Below, piece after piece: positions 13,815-26,674 of a stretch of DNA of 64,000 nt. This DNA is from Squalus acanthias. Lineage: Eukaryota. Under the pieces are notes generated by a model. That model did no database searches, was not told the origin of the DNA, and worked only from the letters and a program-made list of their open reading frames with translations. Where the stretch lies: assembly GCA_030390025.1 (NCBI GenBank), contig CM059433.1, positions 62,001-126,000 on the forward strand. Direction: 5' to 3'. Both the position numbers and the translations under genes were made by a program. The first letter of the stretch is position 1. Every line of letters begins with the position of its first letter.

Positions 13815-15055
13815 GCCTGGCCAGCCTGCAGAGGGATGACTGCCATGTTGGAAGATTAAAACCAAAAAGACACATTGCAGTATCTTATCTTTACACTCTG
13901 TGGCCTACAGAAACAGGCTTTGTATTCTACAACTTGCCTTTTGATTTCATGTCTCTCTCGCTCTCACTGTCTGTCTGCCATTCACAGTCTCCCTCCCACC
14001 CACATTGAACTAAAATTTACAGTAACATGACACACACATTCAGACAGACTCTGCAATTTGCAGAAACTCACACACACACATTTAATTTGAAAGGGGTGCA
14101 GCCTGGGAGTGTCAATTTTTGATGATGTCCCTTCCTGGCTGTGCGGCCATGTTTGATGAGGACAAACAAACAGGAAGAAGTGAAGCCGAGGCCCCAGAAA
14201 TCCGGGTCCCCGAGAGGAAATGAAAGCCCAGGAGGTAGAAAAGAAGTAAATATAATCAGGAGTAAATAATAATATATATACTTTACTTCTGTTAACTAAA
14301 TGTCTGCCTGTCTGTGGTTTGCCTGGAGTGTAATAAAATGAATGGAAAGATCGCACAGCAGCTTTTGCTGTGAAAATATCCCAAGCACATTCCTCAATAC
14401 AGCCCAGTCCAGAAAAAAATCAAATGGATTATTCTGAAAATCATTAATAAAATATAATATATACTTTTTCTTCAACAAATTTCTTGTCTTGTTTGGGTTG
14501 GGCTGAAGGGGAGAGTAAGATCCCACAGCAGGATGTGCCATGAAACACACCACAAACATTCCACTATAAAGTCCAGTCCAGTAAAATATCAAATGGATTG
14601 ATGTATATATGCAGATTTGCTTTTTACAAAATTCTTGAAAGAAAGGCAAAGGAAGATCCCACCACAGCGCAGTCTGTAATGAAATCAATATGATCTAATG
14701 GAATATACTTTCTGTTTTTTCAGACATGAGATGCAGTACCAATGCACATGGCAGATAACTTGAACACAGACAAGTCCTGCATACACACCAGATTTTGCTC
14801 TCTGTCTCTCTCTGTCACACACACACACACAGGCCAGCCTTAAAATTGTCACAAATCACTGTCAGCAATGAAAGAAAGTTGATTTCTTTCATAGCTCTGC
14901 TCTGTTTGGCAGTTTAAAAGCAAACAGACAGTTTTCAGTATTTTATTCTGCAGGTTGTCTTGATTTCTCTCACTGCCTGCCAGCCTGCCTTGTCACACAT
15001 AAACTCACAGCCTGGCCAGCCTGCAGAGGGATGACTGCCGAGTTGGAAGATTAAA
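8640..15055. repeat. Large-unit tandem array, about 3.4 copies of a ~1.8-2.0 kb composite unit
   Basis: Marker GGAGGGTGA(A/T)AAGAAG (variant in the last unit) recurs at ~8645, 10616, 12455, 14231; units carry a palindromic Penelope-like remnant; the first unit has a 56-bp x ~4.5 internal repeat (10205-10450). Confidence 0.9.
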
Positions 15056-15896
15056 ACCGGTTCCAATGTCCAAGGAATTTGAATCCTTCCCCCTTGCACC
15101 ATTCCTCTAGCCACGTATTCATTTGAAATATCCTCCTATTTCTACTCTGACTAGCACGTGGCACTGGTAGCAATCCTGAGATTACTACCTTTGAGGTCCT
15201 ATTTTTTAATTTACCTCCTAACTCCCTATATTCTGCTTTTAGGACCTCATCCCATTTTTTACCTATATCTTTGGTGCCTATGTGCACCACGACAACTGGA
15301 TGTTCGCCCTCCCCCTCCAAAATGTTCTGTAGCCGCTCCGAGACGTCCTTGACCCTTGCACCGGGGAGGCAACACACCATCCTGGAGTCTCGTTTGTGGC
15401 CGCAGAAACGCCTATCTATTACCCTTACAATTTAGTCCCCTATCACTATAGCTCTTTCACACTTTTTCCTCCCAGCCTGTGCAGCAGAGCCACCCATGGT
15501 GCCAGGAAGTTGGCTGCTGCTGCCTTCCCCTGATAAGTCATCCCCCCCAACAGTATCCAAAGTGGTATATCTGTTTGAGAGGGGGATGACCACAGGGGAC
15601 CCTTGCACTACCTGCCTGCACCTCTTACTCTGCCTGGTGGTCACCCATTCACTTCCTGCCTGTACACCCTTTACCTGCGGTGTGACCAACTCGCTAAACG
15701 TGCTATCCACGACGTTCTCAGCGTTGCGAATGCTCCAATATGCATCCATCCGCAGCTCCAGAGCCGCAATGCGGTCCATCAGTAGCTGCAGCTGGATACA
15801 CTTCCCACACACATGGTCGTCAGGGACACAGGAAGCATCCCTGATTTCCCACATATAGCAGGAGGAGCATATCACGGGGCGGAGTCTTCCTGCCAT
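15051..15896 (-). pseudogene. CR1 ORF1 (N-terminal CxxC..CxxC zinc finger plus SGNH esterase), one nonsense codon, 3'-truncated
   Basis: CSSC..CGKC, IVIGD*IVR (TCA>TAA at 15432-15434, in frame), VCCLPGARV, HIGTKD. Confidence 0.9.
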
Positions 15897-16360
15897 GACT
15901 TACCCTTTAATTAATTAATTTAAATTAAATTAAATGAATCCCACCAATTTCACTTCAATTAAATGATATACTCAAGGGCCCTTTCTTAACAGTAGTCCCC
16001 GCTACACAAGAGAGACCCTAGAAACCACAAAATTTTAAGTTTAGAAAAATTTAGAAGGAAAATACTCACCAACCAATCACTTACCTGCTTCTTGGTGACG
16101 TCACAGTTCGATTGTTTTTTGCTTCCCTCTCCCGGACCTGGATTAGGGAAAATCCCCCGAGCTCACCTTTATATCACCACACGCCGCTCCTGGGAATGGC
16201 TCCGCTGCTCTGGGCCTACCACACCTCGGGGTTCACCTTTATATGACCGCTCGCCGCTCCTCGGACTGCCTCCGCTGCTCTGGGCCTACCACGCCTCGGG
16301 GCTCACCTTTATACCGCCGCTCGCCGCTCCTCGGGCTGCCTCCGCTGCCTGGATTTTGTT
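15897..16360 (-). promoter_or_regulatory. CR1 5' UTR with three ~66-bp CpG-rich repeats
   Basis: CTCACCTTTATA..CGCCGCTCC unit repeated at ~16160, 16230, 16300, each reading TATAAAGG on the minus strand; donor-like CAG|GTAAGT and TG|GTGAGT at ~16065-16087. Confidence 0.6.
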
Positions 16361-16699
16361 GCGGTCCTCCTCTGTATTAAGTATAAACCCCCACTTGGGT
16401 GGCATCCACAATGTTTAAAATTGTACTTCCGATTCCTGAGTCCGAATTGTTCAAGTAAATGCTGAATAAAAGTGTTGCCAGCACCGATCCTTGGGAAACA
16501 CCACATCCCACCATTGGCCAACTTCTTCATTCACTACTTCTGAATTCTATCGCCTTAGAAATAAACCCCAATTCATTGTTAGCATTTTATTTGCTTTGAT
16601 GACCAGTGATACTGCTTTGAATTATTTGTTCACCTTTATCCCGAGAGCCCTTTTCTCTTCTGCCACGTTCAGTTTCTTATTTTCTAAGGTATCGGTGAT

Positions 16700-17420
16700 T
16701 ATAGAATCATGGAATGATACAGCACAGAAGGATGCCATTCGGCCCACCGTACCTGTGCCGGCTCTTTGGTAGAGCTGTCCAATTAATCCCACTCCTCTGC
16801 TCTTTCCCCAGTATTTTATTTTATCTCAAGTATTTTTTTCCAAATCACCTTTGAAAGTTACTATTGAATCTGCTTCCACCGCCCTTTCAGACAGCGCATT
16901 CCAGATCACAACAACTCGCTGTGCAAAACAAAATCCTCCTCATGTCGTCTCAGGTTCTTTTGCCAATCACATTAAATCTGTGTCCTCTGGTTACCGTACC
17001 CCACTGCCACTGGAAACAGTTGCTCATTAATGACTCTATTAAATCTATTTAGGCTTTTGAACACCTCTATCAAATCTCCTCTTAACCTTCTCTGCTCTAA
17101 TCAGAACAACCCCAGCTTCTCCAGTCTCTCCACATAACTGAAGTCCCTTATCCCTGGTACCATTCTGGTAAATCTCTTCTGCACACGCTCCAAGGCCTTG
17201 ACATTTTCCTAAAGTGTGGTCCCCAGCATGGGACACAATACTCCAGCTGAAGCCTAATCAGTGCTTTATAAAATTTTAGCATAACTACCTTGCTTTTGTA
17301 CTCTACTGCTTATTAATAAAGCGAAGGATCCCGTGTGCTTTATTAACATACTTCCCAAATTGTCCGTCCACCTTCAAAGATTAGTGTACATACATGCCTA
17401 GGTCCCTCTGTTCTGCAACC
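16700..17420 (-). mobile_element. Old degenerate CR1 3' fragment
   Basis: Remnants of RLQLEYCV..RRFTR..KLGLF..WNAL, plus tail CATAGAATCAT-like at ~16700. Confidence 0.75.
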
Positions 17421-17579
17421 CCTTTAAAATTGTACCATTTAGTTCACATTGCCTCTTCTCATTTTTCACTTCCCAATTCACTGTGTTAAACAGAATCTGT
17501 CAAGTGTCTGCCTAAAAGAATCAGAGTTCGGGCTATGCTGTAAGCAAAGGGATTGGATTCGGAAAGAAACGCCATCAGG

Positions 17580-18195
17580 CGTTGGCCTTCATAGCGAGAG
17601 GATTCGAGTACAGGAGCAAGGATGTCTTGCTGCAGTTGTACAGGGCCTTGGTGAGACCACACCTTGAGTATTGTGTGCAGTTTTGGTCACCTTATCTGAG
17701 GAAGGATGTTCTTGCCATGGAGGGAGTGCAGCGAAGATTTACCAGACTGATACCTGGGATGGCAGGAATGATGTATGAAGAGAGATTGGGTCGATTAGGC
17801 TTATATTCGCTAGAGTTTAGAAGAATGAGAGGGGATCTCATTGAAACTTATAAAATTCTAACAGGACTAGACAGACTAGATACAGGAAGGATGTTCCCAA
17901 TGGCGGGGAGTCCAGAACCAGGGATCACAGTCTAAGGATAAGGGGTAAGCCATTTAGGACAGAGATGAGGAGGAATTTCTACCACAGAAGGCAGTTGAGG
18001 CCAATTCATTAAATATATTCAAGAAGGAGTTAGATATATTTCTTAAGGCTAAAGGGATCAAGGGATATGGGGAGAAAGCAGGGACAGGGTACTGAATTTG
18101 GATGATCAGCCATGATCTCATTAAATGGCGGAGCAGGCTCGAGGGGCCGAATGACCTACTCTTGCTCCTATCTTCTATGTTTCTATGTTTCTATC
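17580..18195 (+). mobile_element. CR1 3' end fragment
   Basis: ORF 17582..17935 AFIARGFEY..RPHLEYCVQFW; 3' UTR and (TTCTATGT)n tail. Confidence 0.9.
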
Positions 18196-18558
18196 AGAGA
18201 ATTGTAGGATCATGTCAGGGACATATCTGAAGCTCTCCAACCCTTCAGCCTGAGGAACAGTTGACCCAGGCAAATTTTCTTGGTATTTAGGGTCTTGATT
18301 TCGGCTCCAATGAGATTTTATTCTGTTAATGCAAAATATGCCAGTAAACTGAGTAAGGAGATAACTTTATATGCAGGAATGAAGGTCAGTTAGACGATGT
18401 TGCATGAATGACTTTTTAACCGAAGGTCAGTCATGATCGTATTGAATGGTGGAGCAGGCTTAGAAACATAGAAACATAGAAAATAGGTGCAGGAGTAGAC
18501 CATTCGGTCCTTCGAGCCTGCACCGCCATTCAATGCGTTCATGGCTGAACATGCTACC

Positions 18559-21495
18559 TCAGTACCCCATTCCTGCTTTCTCGCCATACCCCTTGATCCC
18601 CCTAGTTGTGAGTGTTATATCTAACTCCCTTTTGAATATATTTAGCGAACTGGCCTCAACAACCTTCTGTGGAAGAGAATTCCATAGATTCACCACTCTC
18701 TGGGTGAAGAAGTTCCTCCTCAGCTCAGTCTTAAATGGCTTCGCCTTAATCCTTAGACTGTGACCCCTGGTTCTAGTTTTCCCTAACATTGGGAACATTC
18801 TGCCCGCATCTAATTTGTCTAAACCAGTCAGGATTTTAAATGTCTCTATAAGATCCCCCCTCATTCTTCTGAACTCCAGAGGATACAAGTTCAGTTGACC
18901 CAATCTTTCTTGATATGTCAGTCCGGCCATCCCAGGAATCAATCTAGTGAACCTTCGCTGCACTCCCTCAATAGCAAGAATGTCCTTCCTTAAGTTAGGA
19001 GACCAAAACTGCGCACAATACTCCAGGTGTGGCCTCACCAAGGCCCTGTACAACTGCAGCCTCACCTCCCTACTCCTGTACTCAAATCCCCTTACTATGA
19101 AGGCCATCATTCCGTTTGCTTTCTTGACTGCCTGCTGCACTTGCATTCCCACCTTCAGTGACTGATGTACCATGACGCCCAGGTCTCGTTGCACCTCCCC
19201 TTTCCCTAATCTGCCACCATTCAGGTAATAGTCCGCCTCTCTATTTTTACCACCAAAGTGGATAACCTCACATTTATCCACATTGTACATCATCTGCCAT
19301 ACATTTGCCCATTCACCCAACCTGTCCAAGTCACTCTGTAGCCTCCTAGCATCCTCCTCATTGTTCACACTGCCTCCCAATTTAGTGTCATCCGCAAATT
19401 TGGAGATATTACATTTAATCCCTTCGTCCAAATCATTAATATATAATGTAAACAGCTGGGGTCCCAGCACCGAACCCTGCGGTACCCCACTGGTCACTGC
19501 CTGCCATTCTGAAAAGTACCCATTTACTCCTACTCTTTGTTTCCTGTGTGCCAACCAGTTCTCAATCCACGTCAACACATTACCCCCAATCCCATGTGCT
19601 TTAACTTTGCTCACCAATCTCTTGTGTGGGACCTTGTCGAAGGCCTTCTGAAAGTCCAAATACACCACATCTACTGGTTCCCCCCTGTCCACCCTATTGG
19701 AAACATCCTCAAAAAATTCCAGAAGATTTGTCAAGCATGATTTCCCTTTCACAAATCCATGCTGACTTGGACCTATCATGTCGCCACTTTCCAAATGGTC
19801 TGTTATGACATCTTTAATAATTGCTTCCATCATTTTACCCACGACCGATGTCAGGCTGACCGGTCTATAATTCCCTGCTTTCTCCCTCCCTCCTTTTTTA
19901 AAAAGAGGGGTTACATTGGCCACCCTCCACTCCATCGGAACTGATCCAGAGTCTAAGGAATGTTGGAAAATGATCGTCAATGCATCCACTATTTCCAAGG
20001 CCACCTCCTTAAGTACTCTGGGATGCAGACCATCAGGCCCTGGGGATTTTTCAGCCTTCAGTCCCATCAATTTCCCCAATACCTTTTCCCGACTAATAAG
20101 GATTTCCCTCAGCTCCTCCCTCTTACCAGATCCTCTGACCCCTTTTATTTCCGGCAGGTTGTGTGTGTCCTCCACAGTAAACACCGAACCAAAGTACTTG
20201 TTCAAGTGAAATGCCATTTCCTTGTTCCCCATTACGACTTCCCCTGTTTCCGACTGCAGGGGACCTACGTTTGTTTTTACTAACCTCTTTCTTTTTACAT
20301 ATTTATAGAAGCTTTTGCAGTCCATTTTAATGTTCTCTGCAAGCTTCCTTTCATATTTTATTTTCCCTGCCCTAATCAAACCCTTCGTCCTCCTCTGCTG
20401 AGTTTTGAAGTTCTCCCAGTCCTCGGGTTTGCTGCTACTTCTGGCCAATTTGTATGCAACTTCCTTGGTTTTAATACTATCCCTGATTTCCCTTGTTAGT
20501 CATGGTTGAGCCACCTTCCCTTTTTTATTTTTACGCCAGACCGGGATGTACAATTGTTGTAGTTCATCCATGCGATCTCTAAATGTCTGCCATTGCCCTT
20601 CCACTGATAGCCCCTTAAATATCGCTTGCCAATTTAACCTCGCCAATTCACGCCTCATACCCTCAAAGTTGCCCTTATTTAAGTTCTGGACCATGGTCTC
20701 TGACTTAACTGTTTCCTTCTCCATCCTAATGTAGAACTCCACCATACTATGGTCACTCTTCCCCAGGGGGCCTCGTACCACAAGATTGCTGATTAGTCCT
20801 TCCTCATTACACAACACCCAGTCCAGGATGGCCTCCCCTCGAGTTGGTTCCTCAACATATTGGTTTAGGAAACCATCCCTTAAACACTCCAGGAAATCCT
20901 CCTCCACCGTATTGCTTCCAGTTTGAGTAGCCCAATCTATATGCATATTAAAGTCACCCATGATAACTGCCGTGCCTTTTTTGCACCCACCTCTGATTTC
21001 CTGTTTCATACCCTCCCCCACCTCACTACTGCTGTTTGGAGGTCTGTTCACAACTCCCACTAACGTTTTCTGCCCTTTGGTGTTCTGCAGCTCAACCCAT
21101 ATTGATTCCACATCCTCCAAGCTGATGTCCTTCCTAGCTATTGCATTAATCTCCTCTTTAACCAGCAATGCTACCCCAACCCCTTTTCCTTTTATTCTAT
21201 CCTTTCTGAATGTTGAATACCCCTGGATGTTCAGTTCCCAGCCTTGATTGTTCTGGAGCCACGTCTCTGTAATCCCAATCACATCGTATCTGTTAACATC
21301 TATTTGCACAGTCAATTCATCCACCTTATTACGGATACTCCTTGCATTAAGACACAGAGCCTTTAGGCTTGTTTTATTAACATCCTTTGTCCTTTTAGAC
21401 TTATGATTTAGTATGGCCCTTTGTGTTTCTTGCCTTTGTTTACTCGGCCTTCCCCTATTGTTTCTCACCCTTCTAACATTTGTTTCTGACTGCAT
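18559..21495 (-). pseudogene. CR1 ORF2 endonuclease/reverse transcriptase with a single in-frame stop
   Basis: ORFs 20500..21495 and 18559..20448 are in the same frame (51 nt apart), split by TGA replacing W in QPWL; NARS, ETW, GDFN, SDH, FADD motifs. Confidence 0.93.
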
Positions 21496-21542
21496 ATTAC
21501 TTCCCCCTGTTTCGCTACATAGGTTCCCCTTCCCCTGCCATA

Positions 21543-22355
21543 TTAGTTTAAATCCTCCCGAACTGCTTTAGCAAATATTACCCCGAGGACATCGGTTCCA
21601 GTCCTGCCCAAGTGCAGACCGTCCCTTTTGTACAGGTCCCACTTCCCCCAGAACTGGTTCCAATGCCTCAGGAATTTGAATCTCTCCCTCCTGCACCACT
21701 GCTCAAGCCACGTATTCAATCTCACTATCCTGTTCTCTCTATTCTGATTAGCACGTGGCCCTGGTAGCAATCCAGAGATTACTACCTTAGAGGTCCTACT
21801 TTTTAATTTAGCTCCTAGCTCCCTAAATTCTGCTTGTAGGACCTCTTCCCGCTTTTTACCTATATCGTTGGTACCTACATGCACCACGACAGCTGGCTGT
21901 TCACCCTCCCTCTTCAGAATGTTCTGCAGCCGCTCCGAGACATCCTTGACCCTTGCACCAGGGAGGCAATATACCATCCTGGAATCTCGGTTGCGGCCAC
22001 AGAAACTCCTGTCAATTCCCCTTACAATTGAGTCCCCTATCACTATAGCCCTACCACTCTTTTTCCCGCCCTGCTGTGCAGCAGAGCCAGCCATGGTGCC
22101 ATGAACCTGGCTGCTGGTGCCTTCCCCTGGTAGGCCATCTCCCCCAACAGTATCCAAAGCGGCATACCTGTTTTGGAGGGAGATGACCACAGGAGACTCC
22201 TGCACTACCTTCCTGATATTGCCCTGCTTCTTGGTCACCCATACACTGTCTGTCCTAGCCTTTACCTGCGGTGTGGACAACTCACTAAATGAGCGATTCA
22301 CCGAGTTCTCGGCATCGTGCATGCTCCAGAGTGAGTCCACCCGCAGCTCCAGCAC
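21543..22355 (-). CDS. CR1 ORF1 SGNH-esterase part (zinc finger lost by 5' truncation)
   Basis: IVIGDSIVR, HVGTND, DGLH motifs. Confidence 0.9.
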   Translation of the reverse strand: MLELRVDSLWSMHDAENSVNRSFSELSTPQVKARTDSVWVTKKQGNIRKVVQESPVVISLQNRYAALDTVGGDGLPGEGTSSQVHGTMAGSAAQQGGKKSGRAIVIGDSIVRGIDRSFCGRNRDSRMVYCLPGARVKDVSERLQNILKREGEQPAVVVHVGTNDIGKKREEVLQAEFRELGAKLKSRTSKVVISGLLPGPRANQNRENRIVRLNTWLEQWCRRERFKFLRHWNQFWGKWDLYKRDGLHLGRTGTDVLGVIFAKAVREDLN

Positions 22356-23463
22356 CGCTTGAAGGGCCGAATGGCCAACTCCTGCTCCTATTTCTTATGT
22401 TCTCTTGTTGACCAGTCAGTCTACGTCCTCCTGAAGTCTGTTACTATCCTCCTCATTGTGTGCTACATTTCCGAGTTTTGATGCCCTGTATACCCAACTC
22501 TAGGTCATTAAAATATATCAAAGAGAGCACTGGTCCTAATAGCGACCCCTGGGGAACACCTCTGTATAATTCCCTCCAGACTGAAAAACAACCAGCCACC
22601 ACTACTCTCTGCTTTCTGACCCTTAGCCAATTTGGTATCCATGCTGCCCTGTCCCATTAATCCCATGGGCTACAATTTTATGACCAGGTATGTCACGTGG
22701 TTTTTGTCAAACGCCTTTTTAAAATCCATATACACAACATCAACCGCACTAACCTCATGATGCTTCTATTTTCCTACCAAAGTGCATCACCTCGTTTTCA
22801 TCGATGTTAAACTTCACTTGCCACTTAACTGCACAGTCTGTATGTTTTCTAATTTCTATTGTGAGATATCATGTAGAGAAATGTCTCTTCAATATTTGAA
22901 GCAAAGCATCAGTGTATTGAATAAAAAACAATAATAATTAATAAAGGCAGCCATCTAAAACTCTGTGTGGTATTGGAATTTTATCATAATATCTGAGGAT
23001 TTATTGCAGAGTCAACTCCTGGCTTGTCACTTTGTACTACTGCTTTTCGAAGAAGTTGATGAAGATATTATTTATTTCAAATAACAGAACTGTCATAGAG
23101 TCATAGGGGGAAAAATTAGGTCGCGCCCCGTTTGGGGCGCAAATATCGTCTGGACGCAAATATTAGCGCCTGGCGCTAATTATCGCCACTGACTGGAAAC
23201 TTCACTTTTACCGCCCCGGGAGGTGAGTGGAGCGCTAAATCAGGTGCTGCACACCTGTCTTAGGGCGCAAAGGCCGAGCAGTGAGGCGCTAACTCAGCGC
23301 GCGAGCGCAGCGCAGGTGCTGCCAGTTAGCGAGGGAACACAGACACACTGGCGCCGGCCAGTTCTTAAAGCGGGGGGGCCAACTTGCTCCCCAGCCACAC
23401 CCTGCTCATTGCAGCCTTGAATCTCGGCCTGGAGAGACCTGTGAATCCATTTTGCTGCCAAGG

Positions 23464-25199
23464 ATGGAGAGGGTGAGAGAACGAGCTCATCGCTTCACCG
23501 AGCGGGCCTTGGATGCTCTGGTTGGCGCGGTGGAGCGCAGAAGATGTATACTCTTCCCTGAGAGTGGCAGGAGGCCTTTGCCACGCGAGTACAGAAGAGT
23601 GTGGAGGGAGGTGGCTCAGAGCGTCTCCTCCAGGAGCATGGTGCCCAGGACCCATGTTCAATGCCGCAAAAAGTTCAACGACCTCACTCGGGTCGTCAGG
23701 GTGAGTGGCTTTTTCTCAATACCTCTCCATCCCTCCATCTCAACCTCACTCTATGGCCAGAGAGTCTTAAAACCACAATTAACAGCACTCATCCAACACC
23801 TATGGCCCTTTCATGAAGCACACACACACATTCCACACTTTGCATACAGTAAGGGCTATTCACCTATGGGAGGCACATCAGGCAAGACCATGGCTGTATA
23901 TTTACTCAGACGCCGTCCTTTTTCTTGCAGGTCAAGCTGGCGCATAATAGGAGACAGCAGCAACGGACGGGTGGAGGGCGGCCTCAGCTGCAACCCCTCA
24001 GCGATCTGGAGGAGCGCGTCCACAGGATTGTGGCAAGCCGGGTGATCGGTCCCGTCGCCACTGGAGACGCCGACCCCGTTGTGGACAGCAATGGTAAGGT
24101 CATCACCTTTTTGTCCTCTGTCCTTCCACTTGTCCCTCACAACACCAGCCTTTGACACTTTCAATCCAACTTACTAACTCGCTGCACTTATTCCTCCCTT
24201 ACTGCCACCCTCTCCTCACGCTAAAGCCACTCTTGTACCTCCCTGCTTTCAGATGGTGATTCACCAGCTGAGGAGACGGGCCCTGAAGCTGCCAGTGGGA
24301 GTGAAGCTGCAGCCGAGGAGGAAGAGGAAGCCGGAGCATCAGTGCCACCCTCTCCCGAGGAAGCCCATGCCCACACTGGGAACACGCCTTCCCTGGAGGG
24401 GAGCAGGGGGGAAGGGTCTGATGAGGGTGAAGCTCCAGGACCCAGCGGGCTGCAGCAACGCCATGGGGGTAGGGAAGCACGGGGGCCTTCTCCCCGGAGG
24501 GAGAGTATGCCAGCGAGTCCTGCTGCACTGGACGCAGAAGAGGAGCGGCTGATTGCGGAAATGAACACCCAGGCGGTGGCCATGCACACTGAGCTCATGG
24601 CTGCAGTGGGTAGGGTGCCCGAATGCATTGAAGCACTGGCAAGGAGTGTGGAGCACTTCACTGCAGCGCAGGCGGATGCGACACTGAAGCTCAGTGCTGC
24701 AATTCAATCTCAGACTGCTCTCATGCAGACCCAGATTGAGGCCACGCGAGCACTGACTGCTGCCAACCTCGATGGTTCGTTCACATTTCCCCGGGGCTCT
24801 CACCGCGCCGCAGCAGGCCAGAAATCTGTGCTCCAGCAGATTGCTCCGGATGCTGAGGTGCTGCCCCGTGGGAGTGCCAGTGTGCCGGTCGAGCAGGGAG
24901 TTGCTGTCCTCGCTCAAGATGACAGCATTCCTGCTGCCACCACTGTCACTTCTCCACTGCAGTTGCCACCGCCTGTAGGACAGACTGCTGCCGCCCATGC
25001 AGAGTTGGTGCAGTCTGCAGCCGGGCCCTCCAGGCCCAGAACTGGTCGAGGCCGTCCCTCAAGGGCATCTGCATTGTCAGGGCCTGACAGTCAGCAGCCT
25101 TCCACCAGCCTTGCTGCAGCCACTGAGTTCCCATTGCGGAGGAGCAGTAGGGTAAGAAGGGGGGAAGGGCGCACGGGAAGGAGTTCACCCTCGATGTAG
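23464..25199 (+). CDS. Harbinger Myb/SANT (trihelix) DNA-binding protein, 3 exons 23464-23700, 23931-24093, 24253-25199, ~448 aa, apparently intact
   Basis: RFTERALDALV..WREVAQSV..RTHVQCRKKFNDL; GT-AG introns (AGG|GTGAGT, TTGCAG|G, G|GTAAGG, TTTCAG|A) keep the frame open; same exons in copy B. Confidence 0.88.
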
Positions 25200-25510
25200 G
25201 AGGTGTGACAAAATGCTGGTCATTTTTTTATTAAAGGCCGAGGTTCGTGGTCAAACTTTTGTTGAGTGTTTTGCACATGATCTCCAGGTTGTGAGAACCA
25301 GTTATGGTAATGACTGTTTTTTTGTGTTTATTTGTATGAGTTTGTCATGAAGAAATGACACACACAGAGTTTGTAAAATAAATAAGTTTTGGTACTCAAA
25401 ATATACATGTTTGGTGTTTGGAATCATTGGTGCCTTGGCCGGCTTAGGGGTTGCGTGTTGGGTTCATTCATGCTGTTCTCAATGGCAGAAGCCATTTCCA
25501 CAGCAGGGGC

Positions 25511-26674
25511 CTAGAAGCGGCTTGCTATCAGCCGCTGTCGGACGGCCCTTGCAGTTTCACCATTGTGGGCCGCCCTCACGCCTTGGTGCTGCTGCTGATC
25601 ATCCTCCTCCTCCTCTTCCTCCTATTCCTCCTCCTCCTCTGGTGGTGCTCCAAGGCCTGGTGGCATTGGCTGGGTCCTGACGATTGCCATGTTATGCAGC
25701 ATGCAGCACACAACTACGAGGTTGGAAACTCGCTCAGGCGAGTACTGCAGGACTCCTCCAGAATGGTCGAGACAGCGGAACCGTTGCTTGAGCACGCCGA
25801 TTGTGTGTTCCACGATGTTCCTGGTAGCTTGATGGCTCTCGTTGTACCGCAGCTCAGCAGGGGTGTTGGGCGTACGGAGCGGTGTCATCAGCCAGGTGCT
25901 CAGTGGATACCCCTTGTCCCCGAGAAGCCAACCAACTGGCTGATGCGGTGCCTCGAAGAAAAGTTCTGCCACAGTAGTCTGGCGCAGGATGAAAGCATCG
26001 TGGCAGCTGCCAGGATAGTGGGCATTGACAGCGAGTATCAGCTGTCTGTGGTCACAGACCAACTGAACATTCAAGGAATGGAACCCCTTTCTGTTCCGGA
26101 AATCCTCGGCATTCTCATGCGGAGCACGCAAAGCCACATGCGTGCAGTCAATGGCGCCCTGCACCATGGGGAAGCCCGCTATCCTCGCAAAGCCCAGAGC
26201 GCGTTCTTGCTGCTTGTCTGGGGTCATGGGGAAAGAGATGAACTCTCGTCTCCTTTTAAAGAGGGCATTTGTGACCTGCCGGATGCAGCAATGCACCGCC
26301 AACTGGGAGAGATTGGCGATGTCCCCAGCAGCAGATTGAAATGAGCCAGTAGCATAAAAGTTCAGAGCCACTGTGACCTTCACTGCCACCGACAGAGACG
26401 TCCTGGACCTCAGTTGAGGCTGCAGATCTGGCTGCAGCAGGTGGCAGAGCTCAGTGACCACCTCCTTGCTGAAGCGCAGCCTTCGCAGACACTGCTCATC
26501 AGACATATGAATGTCGGAGAGCTGTTCATGATATACCCTTGGAGGGTAAGCTCTCCTGTACAGATGCCTGTTGGCCCTCCTCCGTCTGGCCATCATTGCC
26601 ACTCTCTCTCTGCGTCTCTGTGTCCTCCGATTCAGCTGGTGCAGGACGACGCCCCCCATCAGTGCAGCCCCCAA
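25511..26674 (-). CDS. Harbinger (HARBI1-like) DDE transposase; in-frame TAG in the C-terminal poly-Glu removes ~37 aa
   Basis: GAIDCTHV, YPGSCHDAFI, LLGDKGY, RNIVEHTIGVLKQRF, CCMLHN; start codon uncertain; frame continues after TAG (25622) to IASRF* as in copy B. Confidence 0.92.

Larger units (their letters stand above)
18460..22360 (-). mobile_element. Near full-length CR1 LINE (ORF1 5'-truncated, plus ORF2)
   Basis: ORF1 esterase 21543..22355; ORF2 APE+RT; (TTCTATGT)n tail at ~18460. Confidence 0.97.

Noticed and set aside
25451..26344. 297-aa antisense ORF (and 56879..57499)
   Set aside because: Shadow of the GC-rich transposase; interrupted in copy B
25622..26674. Host HARBI1 gene
   Set aside because: Lies within TIRs with a Myb partner and occurs in multiple copies, so it is a transposon gene
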